Part shown: piece after piece, positions 54,901 through 64,000 of the stretch
Numbering within the stretch: the stretch's first letter is position 1
How the letters are laid out: every line of letters begins with the position of its first letter
Assembly: GCF_964355755.1 (NCBI RefSeq)
Contig: NC_092670.1
Span: forward strand, 29,934,388-29,998,387
Reading direction: 5' to 3'
Origin: Antedon mediterranea
Taxonomy: Eukaryota; Animalia; Echinodermata
DNA length: 64,000 nucleotides
Notes under the pieces: model-generated
Database searches by the model: none
The model's input: the letters and a program-made list of their open reading frames with translations, nothing else
Told to the model about the DNA's origin: nothing
Program-made: the position numbers and the translations under genes

Positions 54901-57521
54901 TGTTTCGTTGTTTATGGCTTTTTTCAAATGAAAATTGGTAAAATTATGAATAATCTTAAAATAAAATGTATTTTATTGTATTTTTTTTATTGTAATTTTT
55001 ATTAATTAACAACATTATATGAGTCTGTCTAAGTTTTCAAATGAGTAATTGTTTTGACAGTATGCCTAATTGATCTTATAATTCTTTTTTATTTTACGGT
55101 TTGAATAATTCCTAGTCTAGTTCCTATCGATCTTCATACAGACATCTGTATCTTAAACTCATATGTTGTTGAATAACTGCATTGTAACCATAGATCGGGA
55201 TCGAATATGAACAAATTAAATAAATTGAAATTTGACCTTCCTATGATTCATTAATTTCTAAACGTATTGTTTATCTAAAGCTTGGTTCTCACTAGGACGC
55301 AACGCAAGGACGTAGACGTAACGTGAGTGAGTTGACCAATCATAAGCGATGGATTATGCGAACTGTCGCTTGTCGTTGGTCAACACGCTTGCATTGCGTT
55401 TACGTCCTTGCGTTGCGTCCTAGTGAGAACCAAGCTTAAGTGAATGATATGATATTTATTATTATATGTATTATAAAAAAATACAATAAATAACATATCA
55501 ATGACAATATGAATTACCTAATTACTTTTGTATGTGTATTGTATCATATTATTTTGAAACTTATTTCGTGGAGTTGTTCGGTTTAATATTGATTTCTTAC
55601 AGGCGGCTTCTATCAAGATCGAAGAGGAGTTATTGAAAGGCATAATTACACAGAAACATGTAAAGCATGTCCTATTGGAAGTTTCTCTAATCATGCAGGA
55701 GCAGCGTCTATTGCGGATTGTCATTCGTGTCCATCTGGAACCAATACCAGTAAAAATGCTAGTCTAAATGCTTGTTACTGTCTCGAAAATTTTCATCGAA
55801 CTGATCGATATGGACCGTGCATAGCTTGCCCAAAGGGTGTTACCTGTAAAGGAGGGTATTTGAATTTAACACAGGGTTACTGGTGGTCTTGGGATTTTTC
55901 CGGTAATTGTGGAGTAGACGATGATTGTTTATCGGCTTACAAAACATTTATAATTAATTTGCAAAACGACAATTTCCCTATTGACGATCCAAATAAACTA
56001 AAAGACCATACATATAAAGGTCCAATACCACAAATACATATGTGTCCACTAGGAAATAAGAGTTGTAACATTGGATTAGAATTAAATGACACTTGTGCCA
56101 AAGGGTACACTGGTTGGCTTTGTGCGGCATGTTCAAAAGGATACTATCAGTTATTTAACGCATGTCATAAATGTCAGGAGCCTGTTGTGACTGCAATCAT
56201 ATTTATTGGTATTATGTTGGTAATAGTTGGAGTCATTTACCTTGTTTGGGGAATTCAACTAAGGAATACAGGTCAGCGACAATCCAAACTTGATTCATTT
56301 GTGGTATATTTGAAAATTGCTATTAATTTCTATCAAGTTTTGGGTATATTATCAGAAGTAACCGAAATTCATTGGCCTAAAAACTTTGAGTTTGCTGGTA
56401 CAATCCTTGAGTATTTTGACGTTATAAAATACATTAGTATGTTAAGCCCGAGATGCTTACTCGGATCTTGGAATGTATATTCTTCACTTCACATGGCTAT
56501 GGCCACACCACTAGTCATAGTGATAGCTATGTTTACCATTTACTGTATGTGTAATATCTGGTACAACTGTCATGGAGTAATGACTAAGCGCAGGATTATT
56601 GACAAATGCATCGTTATATCAATGTTGCTTTTTTACCTTACGTATGCGAATATGTGTGCCCACGTCATGGCGGTGGGGCCATGGTCAATTCGTTCATTTA
56701 TAGTTACAGAAGACGGTATAGTCAGTAAAGCAGTACTAACATCAGACTATTCGATTGATCTGGATGCAAATAATGGATCTACGTATCAAACTAACAAAAT
56801 ACTTGTTTACGTTGCGTTGATATACATCATTGGCTTTCCATTGACAGTAGTTCTTATGCTATACTGGAAACGTTATAATCAGCCTGTAGACAACCACGAT
56901 AAAGGGTGGATGATTGATGTGAATTTTTTTTGTGGACAATACAAGAACAGATATTGGTTTTGGGAATCATTTGAATTGTATAATAAGGCTCTACTGGCAC
57001 TCATTGCAAATCTGAGAGACGACGTGTCCTCAAGCATGTCATACTCTCTGTTTTTTACTGTCATCTTGATTGTATTGCATTTGTACCTTCAACCAATGAA
57101 AGAGAAGTCAGAGCAGAGATTCCAATTATTGACACTTGTTTTTATCGTTGTCAATCTATCCATTGGGGCAATCGTAAATCTAGATCAGAATTTTAATGAA
57201 GATGCCGTCATTGGTTTGCTTCACAAGATCACCCCTGTCATTCTAATTATGTTGAATGTGTCTATCATGCTGGTCGTAATTGGTAAGATATTAATTATAA
57301 AATGCTCAAATACTGACATATGTAAATATAGGCATATCAAACCGCCAGATTCGGTAAACTGCTTTATGAAAAGTAGGCCTACATTTATTTTTTTTCTCAT
57401 TTTAGTTGATTTTTTAAAGAAACTTAAAACAGACTGCTGTCGCCGAGAGAGGGGTGTACTGCTTCTTCGAATTGATGATGACCCGGAGGAATCACATATT
57501 GAGGAAAATAATATTATATAG
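30982..57521 (+). CDS. Paralog C: complete 18-exon LRR + cysteine-rich + ~9-TM receptor-like gene (~1072 aa) with one in-frame TAA
   Basis: Exons 30982-31187 (signal peptide + LRRNT CECTARTVNCRNRGLREWPVGIP), 31805-31876, 32064-32123, 34742-34810, 35350-35421, 35576-35650, 38236-38310, 38632-38700, 38968-39039, 39410-39475, 40027-40161 (TAA at 40121), 40497-40565, 47193-47267, 47392-47463, 50538-50597, 54638-54813, 55603-57282, 57406-57521. All GT-AG; total 3219 nt, divisible by 3. Confidence 0.85.
36358..37018 (+). mobile_element. Diverged HINE-like element (same core, different termini)
   Basis: 5' TAGTCGCGTG, (GGTC/GGTT)n tract, core shared with 62123-62977, 3' CACGCGACT + GCCATGTATATGGC hairpin + CTTGTT. 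Confidence 0.7.
41381..43975. mobile_element. PIF/Harbinger-like non-autonomous DNA transposon
   Basis: 26-bp perfect TIR AGGCTGGTTTCCTGTCGACGTAAGAA (41381-41406 vs 43950-43975) with TAA on both sides. Confidence 0.85.
42107..43315 (+). mobile_element. Non-autonomous Helitron-like element nested in the Harbinger element
   Basis: Begins A|TCTATATATA and ends CTAG|T near 43312-43316. Partial inverted copies at about 44230-44720 and 46316-46718. Confidence 0.55.
45679..46195 (-). mobile_element. Second HINE-type family element containing a tRNA-like segment
   Basis: Minus strand starts GTTACCTCCGCCAAGGAGGTTATGTTTT and ends GGCGGAGGTTTGTACTCTCGGAGTACCCTCTAGTT (subTIR + hairpin). A/B-box-like TGGTGTAATGG...GGTTCAAATTCC at about 45832-45888. 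Confidence 0.7.
47548..50122. mobile_element. Diverged Harbinger-like relative with a TIR element inserted in its right terminus
   Basis: 47548-48465 parallels the ends of 41381-43975. Its right TIR is split (GTCGACAGGAAAT ... CATGAAATCAGCCTTTAA) by 48467-50105, which has ~45-bp imperfect TIRs (AAGTTGGTTACTAGTTCC...TTATTCAAATTCAATTA) and an apparent 8-bp TSD CAGGAAAT/CATGAAAT. Confidence 0.6.
50882..50954 (-). pseudogene. tRNA-Thr(TGT)-like pseudogene / SINE head
   Basis: Minus strand GGCTCTG TG GTCTAATGG...CTCGC CCTGTAA GCGAG AGGTT GCAGG TTCGAAT CCCGC CAGAGAC. A and B boxes and the anticodon stem are intact; acceptor, D and T stems are mismatched. Confidence 0.55.
50971..51177. repeat. 46-bp perfect inverted repeat (MITE-like)
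   Basis: CAGATTTTCACCCACCAGATACATTCTCTCATACAACAAACGCCCT at 50971-51016, inverted at 51132-51177. Confidence 0.8.
52841..53557 (+). mobile_element. HINE/DINE-1-like element with internal deletion
   Basis: 5' TTTTTAGTCGCGTGGACGCGACT hairpin, two (GTCY)n tracts, 3' CACGCGACT subTIR...GGCCTTGTT. Lacks about 110 bp of the core near 53260. Confidence 0.8.
55279..55436. mobile_element. Harbinger/Tourist-like MITE (158 bp)
   Basis: TIR AGCTTGGTTCTCACTAGGACGCAACGCAAGGACGTA, near-palindromic throughout, TAA on both sides. Confidence 0.88.
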
Positions 57522-60087
57522 TTTCAGTGATATCGCTTTTTTTTGTATAGTATACGTTAATAGATTTTTTTTAAACTTAACGGTAAGTTGTGGTAGTAGT
57601 GAAGTATGCTGTATTGCGATGTTATAAATTTGGTTATGTAATGTTGATTTTTAATTTAAATTAATACATTGTTATTGTAAATAGAGGATAAAAATAATGT
57701 TAAGTAAATCCTTTGTATTCATGTTTAGTAATTCAGAAACCAAACGTACTAAATGAATGTTAATGTTTACTAATGGTATGATACTAAACGTTAAAATTAT
57801 GATATGAAACATTGAATGAATAAAGTGGTGTGGTAAATAAAAGAAGAAGATAAAAAACAATGTTTATTTTTAAAGATAGTGATGAATAAGGAATTATATA
57901 CATTTTATTTTTGAAAAGTTTTATTTTTTATATTGATACGTTTATTTATTTATTTTTTAAAGTTAGTTTAAATTAAATAATTTTCTAGAGTATAATCATC
58001 TGATAAATTATTATGGAGTGAAACATGTCAACTGATTGAGATTAGATTGTTTATTATTGTATTACCATTTAAGTGAAATGTTATGGTGGTCTTTTAAAGT
58101 AAGTAACTGTAAATTGACAAACCAACTTGTTAATTACAGTTTAATACATGTTATTGTATATCAATAAAAAATAATTTTTAAAACAAAATGTAGTTAGAAT
58201 ATGTGGTAAACAAATTATGTACAATATAATTTCATTGGATATGTATAAATAAATATGCATATAGACATATTAATATACATGAATAGGTGATATAATACTG
58301 TATAGACAATATGAAACAATATTGATTATAATAATATTATTATTATTCAATGGAACCAATCCGCGAAAGACAAACAAATAGAACTATCTATATAGACAAA
58401 TAATTAGATTAGAGAATATACATTAGTAAATAAAGACCATTGGTAAATGAAAAAATAATGAAAAGAAGACATAATGTTTTAAATTATAGCTGTATTGTAA
58501 TACAATTAATAAGAATTGATTCCAGTAATCACTAAACACCACCATTAGAGAATCATACCGTATTGTTCAAGGGTAAACACATTATAAGAGTTTTATATTG
58601 AATTGAATTATTGAAATATTTTATATATACTGAGCGACCTCTTCAGTCAAAGACTGGTCTCCCTGAGATCAGTGGATGTGATGTACTGGTACACCGAGGG
58701 TAACCATCTACTCGTATCGAAAGATGTACCATGTTCTTTAAAGTACACGATGAGCTAGATGTTTATTATAGTCCTTATCAGAGAAGATAAACGATACAAA
58801 CACATTTCTTATAACAATTTGCAATATTCGGCGACAATATTGCTTACGAGATAATGACCTAGTAGACAGTTAAGTTTCTTTGTGTTATATTTGTATAAAA
58901 TAATCATTTCTACAAACCGTTTTCAATAGTTATTTTTATAGTTAGTGTAAATAATGTTCATGTTATGAGTCAATTATGGACATGCCTGTTTTGGCATAAG
59001 AACGAATGTTTAAATAGTATGATAATTGTTTTTTCCTGATAAACGTTAACATTATTTAAAAAAATATTGTCTATACAAGACTTATTTTATTCTGTACTTT
59101 AGATTAACAAATTATAATTAACATTTACATATTATTGCATTCTCATTATAAAAGTGTTTAGGGTGTATTATTATATCTATTTTCTATTTAATTAGTTTGT
59201 AGTATGACTAAAACTTATAATATTACTACGTTTACCACTGAAAATAATGTTTGTTGAAAGTGTGTTTTTAACTAATTTTACATTTGGTATTTAAGTTAGG
59301 ATATACGTACCTTAGATAATTTCTACGTATGGTTGTCAATTTTCAATCGGTAAATTGATGAACTTTGGCAATCGAAACCTCATATATATGTTTTTTTTTT
59401 CGTATTTAAATGAAGAAATTAATTTGTATTGATTAGATATTATATTGCTGTGTTTAGAAAAGAAATAAAAAAGATGACCCTGGAAAGTTTGTTTAAAATA
59501 TTTGTATGTACCTTGTAGCCATGAAGAAATAAATTCGATATGTATTTCGCGTTATGGAACAAGCGACTATAATAAAGAGCACACTCAAAATAGTATAAAA
59601 AAACACGAAACCCATCCTCTTTTGCTTCCATCATGTCTGACAGCTTGTGACTGCAATTAAGAATCGCAAGTATAGGTATTTATTTAAAATTGGTATATTC
59701 TACATTCTATATACTCTACACAGGTAATACACAATTAAAATATAACAAACAACCGTACTTTTCTTTCTTTCTTTTCTTCGTACTTACCCCTATTATACAT
59801 GTTGTATTCATGCAAGTAGTACATCAATACTTTTTAAAACCCTAAACAATTTAAATAGTTCGAATAACTTTCATTGAAAATGAACAAACACCAGTACCTT
59901 CCTTTATTAAACAAGTGAGGTTTATCTGACAGACAATACAGTCAGGTGTTATTATTGTAACCGTATTGGTTTTAGTAAAGCTCCTATAAAAAAGGCACTA
60001 TTTGATAACTTAGGTTACCGTGATAAAGAACCACCTTACACTGATATGGCATACTGTCGCGTTATTTACTCTGCACCGACTTTCAAA

Positions 60088-61847
60088 ATGTTGTTTTATA
60101 ATTTCTTGGTAATTTTCCCGTTGTGTTTATTGGTGGTGGATTCAACGATTTATGTTGATAAAGTTGCTTGCAGTACCAATACCAGTGTGAAAGCAGTTTG
60201 TGAATGTACAGCAAGAACAGTGAATTGTGCAAACCTAGGACTTACCGAATGGCCAGTTGGAATTCCAAAAAACACGCTGGTTCTGTAAGTCCTTCTTCTC
60301 CTTTTAATCTCAACAGACCACTAGAAGTGCGAATTCCTTAATAAGAATTTAACTCACCTAATAAATATTATAGTTTTTGGAAATGTTAGAATGTAAAAAT
60401 ATAATCAAATCGAGTATAATACCCCACTTATATATAATCTAGTTGGGGTTATACATTACGCTTTTGGCTTATTTTGTGTTTTAGTTACAAGTTGTTTGTA
60501 ACATTATAATTCATTTATAGCGACATGAGCAATAACAACCTTGAGAAGATTGAAGAAGATGAACTGCTAGAAATACAGGGACTTCTTACAATGTAAGGTT
60601 TTAAACTATGTTAAATAAAATACTGAATGTTGAAATTGAAAATAATTTTGGTTTGGAAAATTTACTATTTTATTTAAAGATCAATAGAATGCCAGTCAAA
60701 TGAAAATAATTCCTTATTAAGCAAATAAAAGTCAAGTATGCCATTCCAATTGGGTTTGGCCACGGGCAGTTTATAGACGTCACACACTCAAACACTCACC
60801 AGCCTCCTATTCTTAAAAAGTTGAACATGAAATATGACCATTTTTATTTTTTATTTTATGTCTTTAGGCAATGTGGCAAAGGATTACCAATAGTAAATGT
60901 ATCACTGTCCTATCAGAGAGGTGGTAACCCCCCTGATACAGGGGCTATTTTGTGAACCAGTTCACCGGTGTATCTCCCTATCCATCTCGAATACTGAGTT
61001 CTTTAAAGTGTACACATGTTATAACTGTGTACACTGGACCTAAGGTTTATAGTCCTTTTCTGAGAAGACTTGTTCCTCCACCAGAGCGAGTCGGCCTCAA
61101 ACCCTTGTCGATGTTGTTGGCTGTTTAGGTACAGTAAACGGCTCCCCTGCCTTAACCGCTCGGCCATTTGACTATGGAAACCATTACATTTTTTTCCATG
61201 TAGTACAGTAAAACCAATATTGAACAACATTAACATATATTTATATTACGGTGTAAAGTAACTAAACATTCAAGGCATTGCTAATAGAATAATAAAAAAT
61301 CAATAAATCAAAAAGTAACAATTAGTAAACAAAGCCTACGATTATTAGGACCGCATTAAGTCTCCATAATATCTGTGCCGGGTTCTATGAAAATGTATGA
61401 TTGCACAGTTATTTTTTATTACACACGAAATGTAACTGTTTACCTTTTCTAAACTGTACTTTTTTTTTATTTGAAAAAAGATGAATAAGATGTTTTTTTT
61501 TTTTAATATTGTTTTTGACCTAAGTTGTAGGTCTGGTCAGTGTAGGTCTTGATTTTGAAAATTAAAATCAAGCGAGCTTTTGCCCTTTTGCTCTACGCGG
61601 GGTTTCCGTCCTCGTTCAGCTCGCATTAGGACACCTGAGTTACCATTTGACAGATGTACAATGTCAGTAGCTGACTGGTGGGATTGGTTATTAGAAGCAA
61701 CAAAGAACCAATATACTGATATAAAATTCTTTTTCCATTTAGAAGTTTAAACAATAATATACTGTATTCTTATTGCTTCAATTTCAGAAACTTTAGTCAC
61801 AATTTACTTACTAGATTACCAGCGTTTCCGCATAAAATCATCAAAAT
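60088..61847 (+). CDS. Paralog D (5' portion): signal peptide + LRRNT + first LRRs
   Basis: Exons 60088 (or 60046)-60284 (MLFYNFLVIFPLCLLVVDS...CECTARTVNCANLGLTEWPVGIP), 60521-60592 (DMSNNNLEKIEEDELLEIQGLLT), 61788-61847 (NFSHNLLTRLPAFP). Exons 2-3 match C in size (72, 60 nt) and phase; the gene presumably continues past the window. Confidence 0.85.
60860..61175 (-). mobile_element. tRNA-derived SINE
   Basis: Minus-strand head TGGCCGAGCGGTTAAGGC with a degenerate B box. Body segment (TTCTTTAAAGT...TTATAGTCCTT.TC.GAGAAGA) is shared with about 58730-58790. Confidence 0.55.
61556..61659 (-). pseudogene. 28S rRNA fragment (~100 bp) in intron 2 of gene D
   Basis: Minus strand GTACATCTGTCAAATGGTAACTCAGGTGTCCTAATGCGAGCT...AAGGGCAAAAGCTCGCTTGATTTTAATTTTCA matches the conserved eukaryotic LSU segment as recalled (CTGTCAAACGGTAACGCAGGTGTCCTAAGGCGAGCTC...GGGCAAAAGCTCGCTTGATCTTGATTTTCAG). 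Confidence 0.85.
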
Positions 61848-62122
61848 GTAAGTTTATGGTATTATGGTTTTATTATATTCGATTCGAGTGACAGACTTAT
61901 TTAAGATGTATTGTCCCAAAACAAACAAAAAATAAACATGAATTAAATAGGTCCTGTTTAGCAATAATTAGATGAGGCCTTAAAATCCTTTGACAAAAAT
62001 AAACTAAAATAATGATTTTGCCTAAATAGACAATTATGCTTTTGATCTAATCAAATCCATTGATTTACAGTACAGATAATATAATAATAATAGATAAATA
62101 CAAATTTGACTCCAATACAATA

Positions 62123-62977
62123 TTTTTAGTCGCGTGGAAGCGACTCTATAGTTCACTATGTCGGTCGGTCTGTCTGTCTGTCTGTCTGTCGGTCTGTCTG
62201 TCGGTCTGTCTGTCTGTCTGTCTGTCGGTCCGGTATCACTATGCGTTTTATCGCTTTCTGACCTTATCTTGATATCAGTTTAATCTAGCTAGGTCAATTT
62301 TTCACAGTATATTCCTTATGGCCAGGAATCAATGTGGTTATGTTTTCACGGTGCGCAATAAAAAATTACGCGGTCTACGCACGATTTAACGAAATAACGT
62401 TTGTAATCATATCTTCACAACCATGAATCACAATTAAATAAAATTTGGTACTCATAAATTTCAGGGCATAAATCATCATATGGCAATACAATTACGTGCG
62501 TAGCGCATGTAACGCATGCGTACGCGCGCTTAACATTTTCAAAATTTATTTTCGATGAAATAAGAGTACATTTCAGGCAATTTTAAGCGTTTACAAAATT
62601 GCCATGAGTGCGCATATTTTTGCGCGCGCACTGCGCGTTAAATGTTGTTGCGCACTCTTTTTGCCCGATTTCTGTTTTCTTGACTTACTTTTCAACTTGA
62701 AATTACGTTATACGAGCACGTCGAAAGTGACAGGCTACGCACGTGTAAATTTAAAAAAAATAAATGTTTTTAAACATTTCAACATTTTTAAACATGTTCA
62801 GTAATTTCGGTCAGTATAGTTCACTATGTCGGTCGGTCGGTCTCTCTTGTCTATCTGTCTGTCGGTCTGTCGGTCTGTCTGTCGGTCTGTCGGTCTGTCT
62901 GTCGGTCTGTCGGTCTGTCTGTCGGTCCGGTATCACTATGCATTGTAGCACGCGACTTAATGGCTGTTGGCCTTGTT
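62123..62977 (+). mobile_element. Full-length HINE/DINE-1-like element
   Basis: Same termini and (GTCY)n tracts as 52841-53557; nearly identical to the reverse complement of 1-808. Confidence 0.8.
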
Positions 62978-63099
62978 CACCGACATTGACATAATTATCA
63001 TATTCACCAAATATTTTTTTAGACTCGTCGCAAATCAAATAATCTTTTCAAATATTTTTTTTATGGAACGCCTCCTCTGCCTTCAGTTCACATTCGTCA

Positions 63100-63878
63100 T
63101 GCAGTATATAAATCACCATGCAGTGAACATCAATCGTCATTCAGTGCACATCAATCATCGTGCTGTACATACCAATCATCATGCAGTGCACACCAATCAT
63201 CATGCAGTACACACCGATCATCATGCAGTGCATACCAATCATCATGCAGTATATACCAATCATTATGCAGTTCACGCACACTAATTGTCATGCAGTACAC
63301 CAATCAACATTCAGTACATACAAATCATCATGCAGTACACACCAATAATCATGTAGTGCACACCAATCATCATGCAGTACACACCAATCATCATGCAGTG
63401 CACTCACACTAATTATCATGCAGTACACACCAATAATCATGCAGTGCACACCAATCATCATGCAGTACACACCAATCATCATGCAGTGCACACCAATCAT
63501 CATGCAGTACACACCAATCATCATGTAGTGCACACCAATCATCATGCAGTACACACCAATCATCATGTAGTGCACACCAATCATCATGCAGTACACACCA
63601 ATCATCATGCAGTGCACGCACACTAATTATCATGCAGTACACACCAATCACCATGCAGTACATACCAATCATCATGTAGTACACACCGATCATCATGCAG
63701 TGCACGCACACTAATTATCATGCAGCACACACCAATCACCATGCAGTACAAACCGATCATCATGCAATGCACGTACACTAATTATCATGCAGTACACACC
63801 AATCATCATGCAGTACATACCAATCATCATGTAGTTACACATCAATCATCATGTAGTACACACCAATCATGTAGTACA
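63100..63878. repeat. 21-bp minisatellite
   Basis: More than 30 copies of CATCATGCAGTACACACCAAT, with periodic GCACACTAATT variants. Confidence 0.95.
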
Positions 63879-64000
63879 TTGCGCTATGGAGATACAAAAA
63901 AGAAAGCGAAAAGCTAAATCAAAACGATAAAGTAAAACAGTCAGAACAGTTCAGGCAACACTAGCCCTTCAACAGTGCAAGTGAAAGTACTTGAACAAAG

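Noticed and set aside
62967-63917. His-rich, Met-rich and Cys-rich repeat proteins
   Set aside because: Translations of a 21-bp minisatellite in several frames and both strands, with no splice or homology support.

Overview
AT-rich, intron-containing eukaryotic (invertebrate animal-like) genomic DNA; there is no prokaryotic content and no CRISPR array. The window holds a head-to-tail (+ strand) array of four paralogous multi-exon genes, reconstructed by hand from GT-AG boundaries: A (3' part, 1608-4928), B (pseudogene, 14352-22310), C (full 18-exon model of about 1072 aa, 30982-57521, with one in-frame TAA at 40121) and D (5' part, from about 60088). They encode signal peptide + LRRNT + about 15 LRRs (almost one per symmetric phase-2 exon) + CxxC/CPxG cysteine-rich repeats + an ~9-helix membrane domain. 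That domain lacks rhodopsin DRY/NPxxY motifs and there is no TIR domain, so these are neither classical LGRs nor TLRs. Diverged LRRs, conserved membrane ends, birth-and-death decay and duplicated perfect kappaB sites upstream of C suggest a candidate innate-immune or sensory receptor family (inference). The rest is mobile DNA: a Gmr1-type Gypsy retrotransposon with integrase before RT, an L1/Tx1-like 3' fragment flanked by a 173-bp duplication, Helentron-associated (HINE/DINE-1-like) elements, nested Helitron/Harbinger-like elements, MITEs, tRNA-derived SINE heads, a 28S rRNA fragment and satellites.
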